From the NCBI GenBank assembly GCA_010405405.1, contig MU004231.1:2784401-2848400 (forward strand): 64,000 bases of DNA, read 5' to 3'. This document shows, piece after piece, positions 35,226-46,751 of this stretch. Position numbers and translations under genes: made by a program. Numbering within the stretch: the first letter of the stretch is position 1; each line of letters starts with the position of its first letter. Under the pieces are notes generated by a model. It saw nothing but the letters and a program-made list of their open reading frames with translations, searched no databases and had not been told where the DNA came from. The stretch is from Microthyrium microscopicum. Its lineage: Eukaryota.

Positions 35226-36635
35226 ATGATCGACCCCGGTACCATATTTTCGGCCCTTGGTCTCGTTGGGAAAGTGACCAGTGCTGTCTATGACTTTGGG
35301 CGAGCAGTGGGTGAAGCAGGGAAAGAGATGAGCTTGCTACGGAAAGAGCTAGAGCTCATATCGTTGGCCCTCAGGTCACTAAATGACGAAGTAGAGAAAG
35401 TGGGATGCAACATACCAGACGATTTGAGCGCTCTCATCCAAGGATGTGTTGAAGCGTGCAGCAAGGAAGTCCATAGACTCGACACGCAGTTGAAGAAGCA
35501 TAACACGCGAAGACTGCGGGATAAGGTCCGCTATGTTTGGTCAGGTCAGGAAAAGATTATTGCTATCAGACTGCAACTAGAACGACATCGAAGTGCTCTA
35601 CAGCTGGCGCTGGACGCCATGAAACTATCTCTGCTGCGTCGAACCAACACTCGAGTGGAAGACGTTGCACAAACATCAGATCAAGTCCTGATTAACACTA
35701 AAGAGCTCAAAGCCATGAGTGGGCGGATGTTTGACGAGATACTGGAGCTTCGAAAGATTTTGGAAACTGGACAGGCGACGCAATACCAGCGCACCAGACC
35801 CAAGAGACAGCCCAAGCCTAATCAACCTCCCAAAGACGTCGATGGATTGTATGGCAAGTCAACACAGAACCAACCCTTGACGAGACTTCTGGACTATACG
35901 AGCCATTTGGTGTCGACAGCGAGCGAAATCACTACAATGACCCCAGACTTTTCCCATGGACTTGGCAACTTTGGGGTTCTAATTCCAGTCGATCCTACGA
36001 CATCTAACCAGCCGACTTCATGGGAAAGGCCGCCTTCGCAAGTAAGGTTAGAAACCTGGCTCCGGAATCGAATCCACACAAGATTGCGGAGATTTGGATT
36101 CACGTACGATCAGATAGTGCCCATAATTGACATTTCAGACTTCTTAGCCACACAAAACAGATTGGACATCAGCCTGGATTGGCTTGCTACACCTGAGGAT
36201 TTGCCATGCAGTCAACCTGCTGCAGAGGCTTTATTTCAGCAAGAATTGTCTCGACGACTTGTACTGTCTGGTTTCATGGACAATCAGATCGAGGCAGTTC
36301 TTAATCCAAGCAAAGCGGTCACTACGCGGCCCACAAAATCAACTCTTGAAAGAATTCCAATTGTCCCAGAAACGAGACCCACGTACATGAGAATGAGTTG
36401 GAAACACCTTGAAGTCGAGACGCTTGATTACTACAACCTACCGTGGAAAACCGACCCTGTAAGTCGCCGTCCTTCAACTTAATCTTTATAGTTCAGGCTT
36501 ATTTAGTGACTGCGACTGACAAATCGACAGGAAGATGCTTCATATGTAATTGTCCTTCAATTTTTGACCTCATCAGAACTAGAAATTCTATGGGAACATA
36601 GTCATCGACTGAGAGACAAAGCCCGGGCGCGATAG
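35226..36635 (+). CDS. Protein with fungal STAND N-terminal (HeLo-like) helical domain and C-terminal DUF8035-like domain, 2 exons
   Basis: N-terminus MIDPGTIFSALGLVGKVTSAVYDF..V.EA.KE...L..EL..I...L..L...C...L...KVRYVWSG...I..IR.QLERHRSALQLALD. C-terminus RPTYMRMSWKHLEVETLDYYNLPWKTDP|EDASYVIV...EILWEHSHRLR. Intron 36459-36530 (GTAAGT..ACTGAC..CAG). Confidence 0.75.
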
Positions 36636-36733
36636 CCGTGAGACGAGCACGTTTTACTTAGGAGAAAGAATCCATAGATTTTCCATCCATACCACTATCT
36701 CCAATATCCTTACAACAGTCTACCGCGCCAGAC

Positions 36734-37317
36734 CTATCCTTGAACCTGCATGAAAGTACCAGCCTTCGGCTCACCAATACCCGCCGCTTTCGCAAAGCTC
36801 ACTAAATCAAATGCAAGCGGACTAGCCAGCTTAGGCATCTTAAAGTCCGCCGGCTGAGCGTACAGCAAGAAAGTATATCGATGAGGTGGATCGCTTGCTG
36901 GAGGACTTGGCTGGAAGTATTTGACGAAGCTAGCGCCGCTGGTAGGGACCTTGGCTTTGTCACCGGAGAGGTCGACGTCAGGGCTGAGCCAGTGGAGATA
37001 GTTCATCTTCTTGCCGCCGAATGAGACGTCAGGATCGATCATGACGAGAAGACCTTTTGCTGTTGCGGATTTCATCTCTTTTGGAACAGTGATTGTTGGG
37101 GCTTGGGCGGTTTCTGGATTATTGTTAGCGAAGTGATGTTTTGGTATTGCAACAGCGTCATACCAGGTCGAGCGACCTTTTTGCCTGCTGGGGAGAGGTT
37201 ATTCGAGCCATATGTGACTTCGAGAGGCGCAGTGACGGCTGGTGTGAATCCTGGTGGTGATTGAGCAGTCACATATAGAGCCTGCAAGCAGACTAGGAGG
37301 AACTTGGACGCGATCAT
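36734..37317 (-). CDS. Secreted PEBP (phosphatidylethanolamine-binding protein) family protein, 2 exons
   Basis: Signal peptide then QSPPGFTP; LLVMIDPD, YLHWL, YFQPSPP..PPHRYTFLLYAQP. Intron 37163-37114. Confidence 0.9.
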
Positions 37318-37848
37318 CGTGAGTTGATTTCGAAAGTTATAGCTGCAAAGGAAGACGTTGGGACAACAACAAAAGATTATCTTTAAGTTGTGGTTGATGG
37401 AGTTGGTGTTATAGTGCCTCAGCTTGATACCATTCATTAATGGAAGGGTTATCTTGAAGGTTTAACTGCATATTTTCCCATAATAACGTTTGCTATATTA
37501 ATATACAGCGTATTTGTGTCAAAGTTGTTTAATTTTACCTCGCTCAGAGAAGTAAAAAAGAAATATAAGAGGGCTTGGGAATTTGTATTTGAGTGCTTTC
37601 AATCTATACTGCCACTTTACTCTACCTGTTAGGTCTTAGAACAGATCAAGTGCAAAGGCTTCGAGCCTAAAAACCTACCTTTCATTCACCTATAGTCCTA
37701 AGAAGTTGCATTGAAAGGCCGACGAACTACTTAAAGCATGTTCACATCGCCTGAAATTTGTCAGTAAAATTTCACGATTGAATCTAACACGCCTGAAAAG
37801 ACCATTTGATCCTTTCTTGGTAACACCGCATTTTCTTCATCGCAGTCT

Positions 37849-38151
37849 ATGGTAGCCGTCGAGTGCGATGGGAGATGCGAATGTTCGGGTCTTAAAGGAT
37901 GCAGTTAAGAAATGTGATTTGGCATGGTGGAATCTGACTAGATTTCATAAAACCACGACCAAAACAGGCCAACACGCTTTGTGAAGGCCAATTGGCCTTG
38001 TCGTGGAAAGACCTCAAAACGCCCATCGCACTCGATGGGATCTAGCACACTCGATCATGAACGCATGCCATGGTAGCCATCGAGTGCGACGGGAAAAATG
38101 GATGTTTTGGTCGTCTTCAAGAAATGTGATTCGACACAGGGGAATCTTACT
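37849..38151. repeat. Local direct and inverted repeat cluster (possible small non-autonomous element relic)
   Basis: ATGGTAGCCRTCGAGTGCGAYGGGA...AAGAAATGTGATT...GGAATCT occurs at 37849-37939 and 38070-38151. An inverted copy CCCATCGCACTCGATGG is at 38022-38038, and a perfect palindrome AAGGCCAATTGGCCTT at 37984-37999. Confidence 0.6.
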
Positions 38152-38450
38152 GTCTTCACCGCGGAGCCGAAGTTTTTGATAATAATACTTGTATTTTTTG
38201 GGTTTTCTAATGCTAGTTGTACAGTCTATCTACAAAATACATCGGTACCTTTGAGGCTCCTTGCAGTCAGCTTTTCATCCTGTTGGATACCTTCAGCTGC
38301 GCGTTATCATGAACGACTTCCGATCTTGATTAGTTGATGCAGGCGTATAATTGTGTAGGTAATGTTGGCAAACACTTTTGATGGGACCAGGTGATTAGGG
38401 GAATGGTATCAATGATGTGATTGGTAGCGATGCGTGGTGAAAGCAGAGAT

Positions 38451-40412
38451 CTAAGTTGACCAACGCTGGTGAAGAATCTGCCAGCTGAACCGAGTGACGA
38501 CGGAGTTCGTAGGACCAGGTTGTAGGTTGAGGATATCGCTGTATGGACCGAGTTGAAAGTGCTGATTCTGGATCATGTCGACCAACTGCTGAACAGTAGG
38601 ATGACTCTTGGAGTTACCCTTCTTCGCGCCGTCAGGGAGTTGAGACAGCATCAAATCGAGATATTGAGCACAGTCTTTGACGAGTTCGGGGCCTTTGACA
38701 GGGTCAAGAGCAAGAGAGAGGAAGCGATGTCGAATTTCCATGAGTTTTAGCTTTGCCTTGTCTGCGGCTTCCGATTCAGTGACTGGTAGCTCCAGCCAGC
38801 GTGGAGTCTTGAGAAAGGCGCGATTTGGATCGGCCAAGCGATATACTTGGCCGTTCTTGAACCAGTCAACAAACAATCCATAGCCTCGTGTTTTGGGAAG
38901 CGAAGGAAGCATCCAGTAGCGTCCACCCTCTAAATCTGCGGATGACTGCGCTCGCCATGTAATGACGCTAGGAATATCGATGAACCAAGTGTCCGAGAAA
39001 GGCACGCCTTCGTACTCAACTGGGACCTCGCTAATCTGCAGGGTGGCATAGTTGTTTGGTGCTACTCCACGAACCTTGAACTCTACAGTTTGCAAGTTGG
39101 GGAAGATCTTCATCAGCTTGTGCATGCACGGCATTCCCTTCGCCTTTTCTGGCAAATCACAATTGCATTGAAACTCTCGCCAGCAAGTTTCAGTCAAGAA
39201 GAGATGACGAACTTCATTGATTATCGGGCTGCTTAAGTCCATGGGAAGCAAGTCTTTGGCAAGAAGCGCTTTCTGATAGGCAGTGTTCATATCGGCACGC
39301 AACTGCAGACCACCTACGATATATGGCCAATGGAATTGTCGGTACCAATCAAACTTAAAGCGACGACGTTCTGGGTAGTGTGTCTTCAAGAACATTTGGA
39401 TCAATTCTTTTAACTCGCCGCAGTGAAGATGAAGGCTATCAAAAGCAAGATTCTTGGTCAAGTTGTCAGTTCCAAGGAGGAAACCAAGGACCATGAGTTG
39501 AACCTCAGTTGGTAGCTTGGACTGGAAAAGGCCCATAAACTCTTTGAAATCATCCTGCTGCTGCTTCTCCTTCTGCTTCTTGCGCTTCTGAGAAGAGGTG
39601 ATGCGATGGGCAATAACAGTACCGCTCATAGCCGCCTGATGGTTGCTCGGAGTAGACGGTGAGGTCGTTGGAGTAACTACCAACGCGGATTGAGCAGAAA
39701 TAGCTGCTGCTTGAGCAGATATCATTGCCGGAGTAGCAGAAATGATTATTGGTGGAGCAGGTACGATTGTAGGAGGAGTAGACTTCTGTGTCGACCGAGT
39801 AGCCTTCGCCATTTGACCATAGAACAGTGCTCGTCGATGGAGGTCCGGTAGACGTCGAAGGGATACCCAGTGATATTCGGGAGCAGTTTGCGTATTATTT
39901 TGCTGAATCGAGGAAATGAGATTCAGATGGACGCTGGCTGGAATGGTCGCAGTAGTCTGATTTTGCTGGCCACTCGACGAGGAAGTAGTCATCTGAACAG
40001 AATTGACAAGTCGATAAGCGCCATGATTTCCTGCTATCGGATTCTGATTGACATTAGGTACTGGAATCAGGATTGGGTTTTGTAGACCCGAGGAAGAAGG
40101 ATTCAGGTTGACGCTGGCTGGAATGGTCATCGTATTCTGATCTAGCTGGCCGTTGGAGGCAGAATTAGACACCTGAGCCGAATTGACAAGTCGATAGGCG
40201 CCAGGATTGCTTGCTGAGGAGTCTCGATTGGCATTGGGCACCGGAATCAGAATTTGAGACGGCATGTCGTCTGCATCAAGTTGCTGATCCGTGGACGATT
40301 GATGGTGGTTTGATAGGTCAGCGGGTATATCCGAGGAGTTTTCCAAGTCCATAGAACCCAGATCGAATTGCGATTCGTCTGGCGGTGTTTGGCTGTCCAC
40401 GAGTGGTTCCAT
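38451..40412 (-). CDS. Orphan ~650-aa protein with N-terminal 2x60-aa N/Q/S-rich repeat and an F-box-like motif
   Basis: Long uninterrupted ORF with first ATG at 40412 and TATAAAA at 40604-40598. Contains basic KRKKQKEK and FQSKLPTEVQLMVLGFLL (F-box-like), followed by a globular-looking C-terminal half. Confidence 0.7.
   Translation of the reverse strand: MEPLVDSQTPPDESQFDLGSMDLENSSDIPADLSNHHQSSTDQQLDADDMPSQILIPVPNANRDSSASNPGAYRLVNSAQVSNSASNGQLDQNTMTIPASVNLNPSSSGLQNPILIPVPNVNQNPIAGNHGAYRLVNSVQMTTSSSSGQQNQTTATIPASVHLNLISSIQQNNTQTAPEYHWVSLRRLPDLHRRALFYGQMAKATRSTQKSTPPTIVPAPPIIISATPAMISAQAAAISAQSALVVTPTTSPSTPSNHQAAMSGTVIAHRITSSQKRKKQKEKQQQDDFKEFMGLFQSKLPTEVQLMVLGFLLGTDNLTKNLAFDSLHLHCGELKELIQMFLKTHYPERRRFKFDWYRQFHWPYIVGGLQLRADMNTAYQKALLAKDLLPMDLSSPIINEVRHLFLTETCWREFQCNCDLPEKAKGMPCMHKLMKIFPNLQTVEFKVRGVAPNNYATLQISEVPVEYEGVPFSDTWFIDIPSVITWRAQSSADLEGGRYWMLPSLPKTRGYGLFVDWFKNGQVYRLADPNRAFLKTPRWLELPVTESEAADKAKLKLMEIRHRFLSLALDPVKGPELVKDCAQYLDLMLSQLPDGAKKGNSKSHPTVQQLVDMIQNQHFQLGPYSDILNLQPGPTNSVVTRFSWQILHQRWST
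39895..40254 (-). repeat. Intragenic 180-bp tandem duplication (2 copies)
   Basis: Sequence at 39901-40074 aligns without gaps to 40081-40254; for example GAATTGACAAGTCGATA and GACGCTGGCTGGAATGGTC each recur exactly 180 nt apart. Confidence 0.9.
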
Positions 40413-42088
40413 GATCAAAACGAGGTCTTGAAAATGAGACACTGCCTGCTTCTGACTATGACAGATGCCAAAAGCTATGAGCTGAGACGATGCGATGAGA
40501 GATAAGTGTGCTGATGGAGAATTTTGATGGCTTGTCGAAATGGTAGATGAAGGAATTTTGTGTCAGAGGTTGTTGAAGAGCAGGTCAGTGGTCAAGCTTT
40601 TATAGCCCCGTAGATTTTATGGCCCATAGTGGGTCTCTGATGACGAATCAATTGAGGTCGCGATACAATGAGAGCAGGAGCAGGTAGAGCCTCATGGTCG
40701 ACTGAGCTTGGCTAGTGTGCTGGTGGACGTGGCTAATTTGTGGAGGAGAGTACAGATCTACGCAAGAACCATGGACCCGCATGATAACATTGCAAGAACA
40801 GGCGACCGCAGCCTTGATCAGGTGGAACACTCCAGGCGAGCATAGACGGTGTGGAGGTCAACTTACAGCCTTATGCTCGCAAAAACCGCAAGAAGACTGC
40901 GGTGGCCCTCGCAGATAGCGGCGACAGCAATCTTCATCAGGTGGGCTTGATTAGACGTGGCTGTTTTAGTAAAAGGGGATGGACTCGATGAAGTGCGGTT
41001 CGCTATCGCGAGCAAAGGTGAAGAGGGAGGTTTCAAAAGAAATTTAAAGGTATGACATCCTTAGTCGTAAAGAAAAGCGAGCATTTTGTATTGCTTTACG
41101 TAGTTGATGACATGAGATATGGTGGTCCATCGTGATCAGGTAAAGGCATTTGGCCTTTCGACAGCCTAATGTTAGAGACCGGTACTCACCTTGTCTAAAA
41201 GCTACGACTAGGAAAGCTATGCTATGAAAGAATGGTTCAAGTCCTTTGTCAAACGTCCATCAAGTTCGAGGACGCGAAGAATAAGAAGAATAAGTCGGTA
41301 AGCTGCTGCTCCGCTTTGAGGTCAACACTGAAGGATTGTACACGATGCAACCGCGCAAAAGAGCCGAAATTTTGAGAAAACCCGTAAAGATAGCATATCA
41401 GGCTAATGTATTGGTGTGATATCTGTGCGTTGAAGTTGTCGTGAATTTATCTCAAAAAGAAGTGGATATTTGATAGACTGGAAGCCGTGATCTTGGGACA
41501 AGAGACCAGAATTGAGATGGGTCCAGCAAAAACGATTGAGAGCATTAATTGTATTCGAAAGCAGTCTTTGGAATCTACTATTGCGCAGTTAGTAAAGCTA
41601 CTCTATCTTAATCGATAAGTTCTTAATGCTGTTGATAAGCGTGATCAGGAAAAATGGCCATATTCAAGAACTCAGTTGGATTCCTACACTCTGTTCGAGG
41701 ATTCGCGCCATTGCTATTTGCTTACATAGAGAAAAACTATTTTTTCTCTTCATTTCTTACGACCGGTAGGTGCGCAAATAATGAGCTCAAAAAATAGCTG
41801 ATTGCCGATTGAGAGGTAGTGCTCGGTGTCCAAAGGCGTACAACCCATGTGACTGGCAGTTTAATCCAAGGCTTGGTTGCAGAAGCGGTATAACAAGTTT
41901 GATATTCGTTATTTACTAACAAAAGAGCTTATCAAAGCTCCCATAACTCCTTTCTCCAGGAAGTACCTATTTGCCGAGGTTAGTTCGTGGCGCCTCAAAA
42001 TGTAAACGTGAACAAAGTCTGATCACGAACCTCGGCAGCATAATTTCCCCTTCCAATATCATTATTTCCAATGATTTCAGGAGTGACA

Positions 42089-42520
42089 TCAGATTTTTGA
42101 CGTGACGCTGGTTCCCAATGTCTGTTTGAGCATCTTCATGGGCAAAAACTCGACAATAAAACCATCTGGATCCCTGGCCATTCCAATTTCTTTCACCCAT
42201 CCTTCACCAGCTCCAAGATCGAGGAAGATTTTAGATCCATAAGCTTTGCAGCGATCCATAGCTCCTTTGACATCGTCGACATAAAATACGAATTTGCCTT
42301 GTTGATTTTTTGGAACTTTTCCATCTTTGTATTGCATCAAAATGATTTGCGAACCAGCGGCTTTAGATGCTTTTGGAAATGCCAAAACCGTCTCGGTGAA
42401 GGTAGCCACGTCGAATGTTTGAGTTGGTTGGAGACCGAGTTGTAGAACATCAGTATAGAAATGTACGCTTCTTTTCATGTCTGAAACGCCAATTCCTGTG
42501 GCTCCAAGCATTGTCGGCAT
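42089..42520 (-). CDS. VOC/glyoxalase-bleomycin resistance family protein, intronless
   Basis: GIGVSDMKRSVHFYTDVL, VFYVDDV, ARDPDGFIVEF. ATG at 42520. Confidence 0.88.
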   Translation of the reverse strand: MPTMLGATGIGVSDMKRSVHFYTDVLQLGLQPTQTFDVATFTETVLAFPKASKAAGSQIILMQYKDGKVPKNQQGKFVFYVDDVKGAMDRCKAYGSKIFLDLGAGEGWVKEIGMARDPDGFIVEFLPMKMLKQTLGTSVTSKI

Positions 42521-42926
42521 GATGGCGGCTCTAAAGTATAGCAGATGGGAAGATCTTTTTTTGAGAAGATGAAGAAGAAGAGAGTTGTTCGTCTTGAAAA
42601 TGAACAAGCTGATTCAACCAGAGTAACAACCTGCCCTCCCCAGATTGAGTGTGCATAATGCATGTGCAGGCGTGGTCGGGCCGACAGTATTGGTCGGTAG
42701 CTGGCCAATCACAGATCGAGGATCTCAGCCTTATGGCTAGGATATCTAATGGCGTTTACTGAAGCCTATATCGTGCAAGTTTTACCTGTAAGAGACAACT
42801 TTACAAGACATTCACAGTATCTTATCTCCAAAAGGACTTGCGACCTGAGCAGAAAAGATTCTGATAGAAATTCCCATTTGAGACTAAATTATATACCTAC
42901 AATGCTTAAAAACCTTTGATATCCCT

Positions 42927-43925
42927 CTACATGAAGGCCACTTTAGATAGTGCTTTGGGACTACCAGTCCTTTCCATCATATCCTTGAACGTAGTGCACT
43001 TTCCAAACTCGGGGTAACTTTCATTGTCCACGCTTCGAAGCAAGGTAGAACCATTCATCATATAATAGCAATAGAAGTAGCTCATCCACCTACGAGGGTT
43101 GTCCGGTTCGGCTTTGTACTCTTCGCTCATCTTGGATCGCAGCTCGTCAAGAGTACCACTTGATTCTGCCTTGGCTTCGATGTCGTAGACCTCTGAAAAT
43201 TCCTTCGCAATTTGGCGAGTAGTTTTACGATCGCCGAGAACTGAGTTATTTTAGCTCTGGTCAAAAGCAACGAGGATTTGCTCACCATTCAAAAACCCAA
43301 CTGCACTCTCATCCGCGGCAGCCAATGCTGTATATCTGGCTGCATCTTCATACGTGGTTGCTTCCCATGGTTCATCCAGCGTTCCCCACGCATTGAAGAC
43401 TGGCGCCTCAATATTGCTAATGTCCATGACATGCGCAAAGCTGAAAAAGATCTCCATGAAGATTCCGTTCAAAATATGCACACCCTTGATTGCGCCATTG
43501 GTCTCCTTTTCCTTCTCCTCGAGGTATGACTGAACAAGCTTCATGGGGTCTTTTTGAGAATGGTCACCAAGCTTCAGTCCACGAAAATCCAGCGACCAAT
43601 CGCCAGCAACGTAACGAGGAACCTCCTCGGCGATGCAAGCATCTATTAATGTTTTTTGCCCTTCTTCCATGAGTTTAACGTCTCCTAGATAACAGCAAAC
43701 TGCCACTTGTGAGCCTTTCAGTGCTGCTCGCAAAGCGGTCTCATCGTCTGCGTTGGCTTGGAAGATTCTGACCTGGCTATGGTTCGCAAGTTCTTTTGGG
43801 ACCTTATCTGGGTTGCGAGCAATGCCGTTGATGCTGATATTGGGCTTTGTCAAAAGATGTTTGCTGAGAAGACCGGCGAACTTGCCAGTGATGCCTGCAA
43901 TGGTAACTGTTATTGGCCCCGCCAT
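42927..43925 (-). CDS. NmrA-like / isoflavone-reductase-like NAD(P)-binding protein, 2 exons
   Basis: IAGITGKFA Rossmann motif; GQKTLIDACIAEEVPRYVAGDWSLDF; KDPMK; TTYEDAARYTA. Intron 43285-43241 continues into VLGDRKT... Confidence 0.9.
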
Positions 43926-44700
43926 TCTTATATTATACGAATTGCAGTAAAGTATGACTGATAAAGACGTGTGAACAGGTTTTTAGCTTGTTATAAACTC
44001 GTTTTTGATGCACTTAGCGTCCTGTTGAGTAGTACAGAAAAAGTGTTCCTTCTTAGGAAGATGCGGTGTCGATTTTGAGCGAAACGATATTTGAAGATGC
44101 AGCTTCCACTGTTCCACAATCGTCATACATAACCCTGGGCCATATCAATTTCAGTGAGCCTATAATGCCAAACAAGCATTCTGATATAATCTTGCAAAAC
44201 TGGCAGTTGGAGTGAATGGCATAAGTCGTGCCATCCTTATTCTCCGCAACCACGATATCACCCAACATGATTTGATAGATAATAATTTGCAAGGCTCTTC
44301 ATTATAGTCACATAACTAGCTTCACATTTTTCGACTAGTATTAGTTGAAAATATGCCAAAAGAGTGAAGCATTTTATGATCCTATTAACAGCCGAAAATG
44401 GCATAGCGCCTAGATGATATGCCGCCACTCAGTAGAATACCTTGACTGCTTCCCACGACATCGGCCCCACAATTACGCTCTGCATGATTCCTGTTCCTCT
44501 CCTTGTGCTTCCGATCTACATCTACATACCTCTAAAATATGTACAACTACTAAAACCCTGTCAACTGACACCACGCAAACACATAACTTCAGACCGCGAG
44601 GTTGACAACTCTAGTTATCCGCACCATTCAGAATGTTCTGATATACTGATCATACGTAAAACTCGATCCATCTCATCGCAGAACCTTTTCCATATTCAAC

Positions 44701-46407
44701 ATGTCCGCCAGCTACTTAAATCGGCTGCCTAGTTCTACGGCCCATGGTCTCGCCACCGAGCTCACCCGCGATCCTGAGCCCAACACACCATTCCGTGCGG
44801 TAACTCAACACAAACACAGCACTTGGGCTCGCACCTTCATCTCGCGGCCAGAGCTTTATCTTCAACCGGAGAGCATCTCAGAAGTAAAAAAGATTGTCCG
44901 CTTGGCCGCCAGATGCCGTCGGCGCATTGTCGTTGTTGGCTCCGGCCACAGTCCCTCGGATCTCACTTGCTCTAGTTCATGGATGGTCAACCTGGACTAC
45001 CTAAAACGTACTCTCAATGTTGATCAGGAGTCGAAAAGAGTACGAGTAGAGGCGGGCATGCGCCTGTATCAACTAAATGATGTGGCTGCCGAGTATGGTT
45101 TGACCATTGCAAATCTGGGCAGTATCGACGAGCAGAGCATCGCAGGCGCCATTGCAACAGGTACGCACGGTAGTTCTATGGCGCATGGTACATTGGCACA
45201 GAGCGTAATGAGCTTGCGGATAGTACTGGGCAGTGGCGAGTGTGTAACGGCTAGCGACAAGGAGAACAGCGACCTGTTCCACGCTGCATTATGTTCGCTC
45301 GGCGCCCTGGGCATTATTGTCGAAGTTGAGTATCAGCTTGTTTCCGATCGACGTATCGAATGGCTGCAAACTAGCATGCCACTCGATGACATGCTGCGCG
45401 ATTGGAGCAACGGCCTTTGGACACAGGCAGAATTCACACGCATCTGGTGGCTCCCATATTCGCGCCGTGTCATAGTATGGCGCGCTGACGAGACAAATCT
45501 TCCACTTCGTGCTCCGGAAAGCAACTGGTACGGTGGCTTGGTCGGCTATCATATGTACAAGGCGCTCCTCGGCATTGCCCATTTCATACCGCGCCTCTTA
45601 CCCACTATCGAATGGTTCGTATTTGGTATGCAATACGGCTTCAACGACGACATGCGTATCTCTGCTGTCGAGCAGCAGCGCTCAGGATTGCTCATGAACT
45701 GTCTCTATAGTCAGTTCGTCAATGAATGGGCTCTCCCTCTCTCCGCTGGCCCCGATATAATTCGCGCCATGGATGCTTGGCTACATCACGCTTCCCTTCC
45801 AAATCACCCCTCGGTGAAGCCAGCACCAAATGGTTTACGTGTCCATTGTCCCATCGAAGTGCGAGTCGCTGATACTACACGCGGACCGCGCGCCTTGATG
45901 GATCCCAGCTGTGCGACGGAGCCCACTCTTTATCTAAACGCAACCCTTTACCGGCCCTATGGCTTGGATCCACCATGCCACGCACCCTACTATGAAGCCT
46001 TTGAGTCTGTTTGCTCTGCGCTTGGAGGCAGACCGCACTGGGCCAAGAATTTTGCAACTGTGGAGCGCGGCGACGTGGAGCGAATGTACGGCACAGACTT
46101 GAAGAAATGGCGCAAAGTACGATCTCAAAGCGACGCATCAGGAATGTTCGTGGGCGATTGGCACCGGCGGTTAGTGATGCCGGCAAACGCAGAAAAGGGA
46201 ATGGCATGCGAGGAACACATGTCGAGCGTACGCACGCAATGGGACGGTAGCGTGGACTGGGTTGGTACACAAACGGAGGTAGGTGGAAGCGGAGAATCAA
46301 CACCGCGTGGGCCCAGGAGTGTTGCGGGGAGTAGTGAAGAGAGTTTCGAGGTTTGGGGACGGGAGGTCGAGGAGAGTGCTGTTTTAGTGGAGAGAGGAGA
46401 CTCATGA
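44701..46407 (+). CDS. ALO1: D-arabinono-1,4-lactone oxidase (FAD-linked sugar lactone oxidase)
   Basis: TWARTF..PELYLQP; VGSGHSPSDLTC (covalent-FAD His motif); LGSIDEQSIAGAIATGTHGSS; LMNCLYSQFVNEWALP; HCPIEVR; LYLNATLYRPY; GGRPHWAKNF. Confidence 0.95.
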   Translation: MSASYLNRLPSSTAHGLATELTRDPEPNTPFRAVTQHKHSTWARTFISRPELYLQPESISEVKKIVRLAARCRRRIVVVGSGHSPSDLTCSSSWMVNLDYLKRTLNVDQESKRVRVEAGMRLYQLNDVAAEYGLTIANLGSIDEQSIAGAIATGTHGSSMAHGTLAQSVMSLRIVLGSGECVTASDKENSDLFHAALCSLGALGIIVEVEYQLVSDRRIEWLQTSMPLDDMLRDWSNGLWTQAEFTRIWWLPYSRRVIVWRADETNLPLRAPESNWYGGLVGYHMYKALLGIAHFIPRLLPTIEWFVFGMQYGFNDDMRISAVEQQRSGLLMNCLYSQFVNEWALPLSAGPDIIRAMDAWLHHASLPNHPSVKPAPNGLRVHCPIEVRVADTTRGPRALMDPSCATEPTLYLNATLYRPYGLDPPCHAPYYEAFESVCSALGGRPHWAKNFATVERGDVERMYGTDLKKWRKVRSQSDASGMFVGDWHRRLVMPANAEKGMACEEHMSSVRTQWDGSVDWVGTQTEVGGSGESTPRGPRSVAGSSEESFEVWGREVEESAVLVERGDS

Positions 46408-46751
46408 GGGCGAAGTCATACGCAATCCACTAACAATATGGCCTTATGTACTATTCTATGACTGAAGAGAACATGTCAAGCTAATGCCTATAATGACCGT
46501 CAAATGCGACTTTTATAGACCTGAATTTAGTAATTATTACTGAGGATTATCTGGGTAGTCATTGTCAATATATAGCACTTTGTGCTCAGAATCACTAACA
46601 CTAGATTTCTTGTTTCAAGGCATAGATCTTATAGGAAATCAAGCATATGATATTGCTGTAGAAAAAACCCCGTTATGCTTCTAAACTTCACATTGAGTAT
46701 AACATATGTTATAGCTATCTTAGCTAGGAATCGATTCTTAGCTTGCAAACA

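Noticed and set aside
11629..40412. A complete NLR pairing with the HET or STAND-N genes
   Set aside because: No NACHT/NB-ARC P-loop or WD/ANK/TPR array is visible in the window.
22349..46407. Secondary-metabolite gene cluster
   Set aside because: No PKS, NRPS, terpene synthase or other backbone enzyme; tailoring-type genes are interspersed with housekeeping genes.
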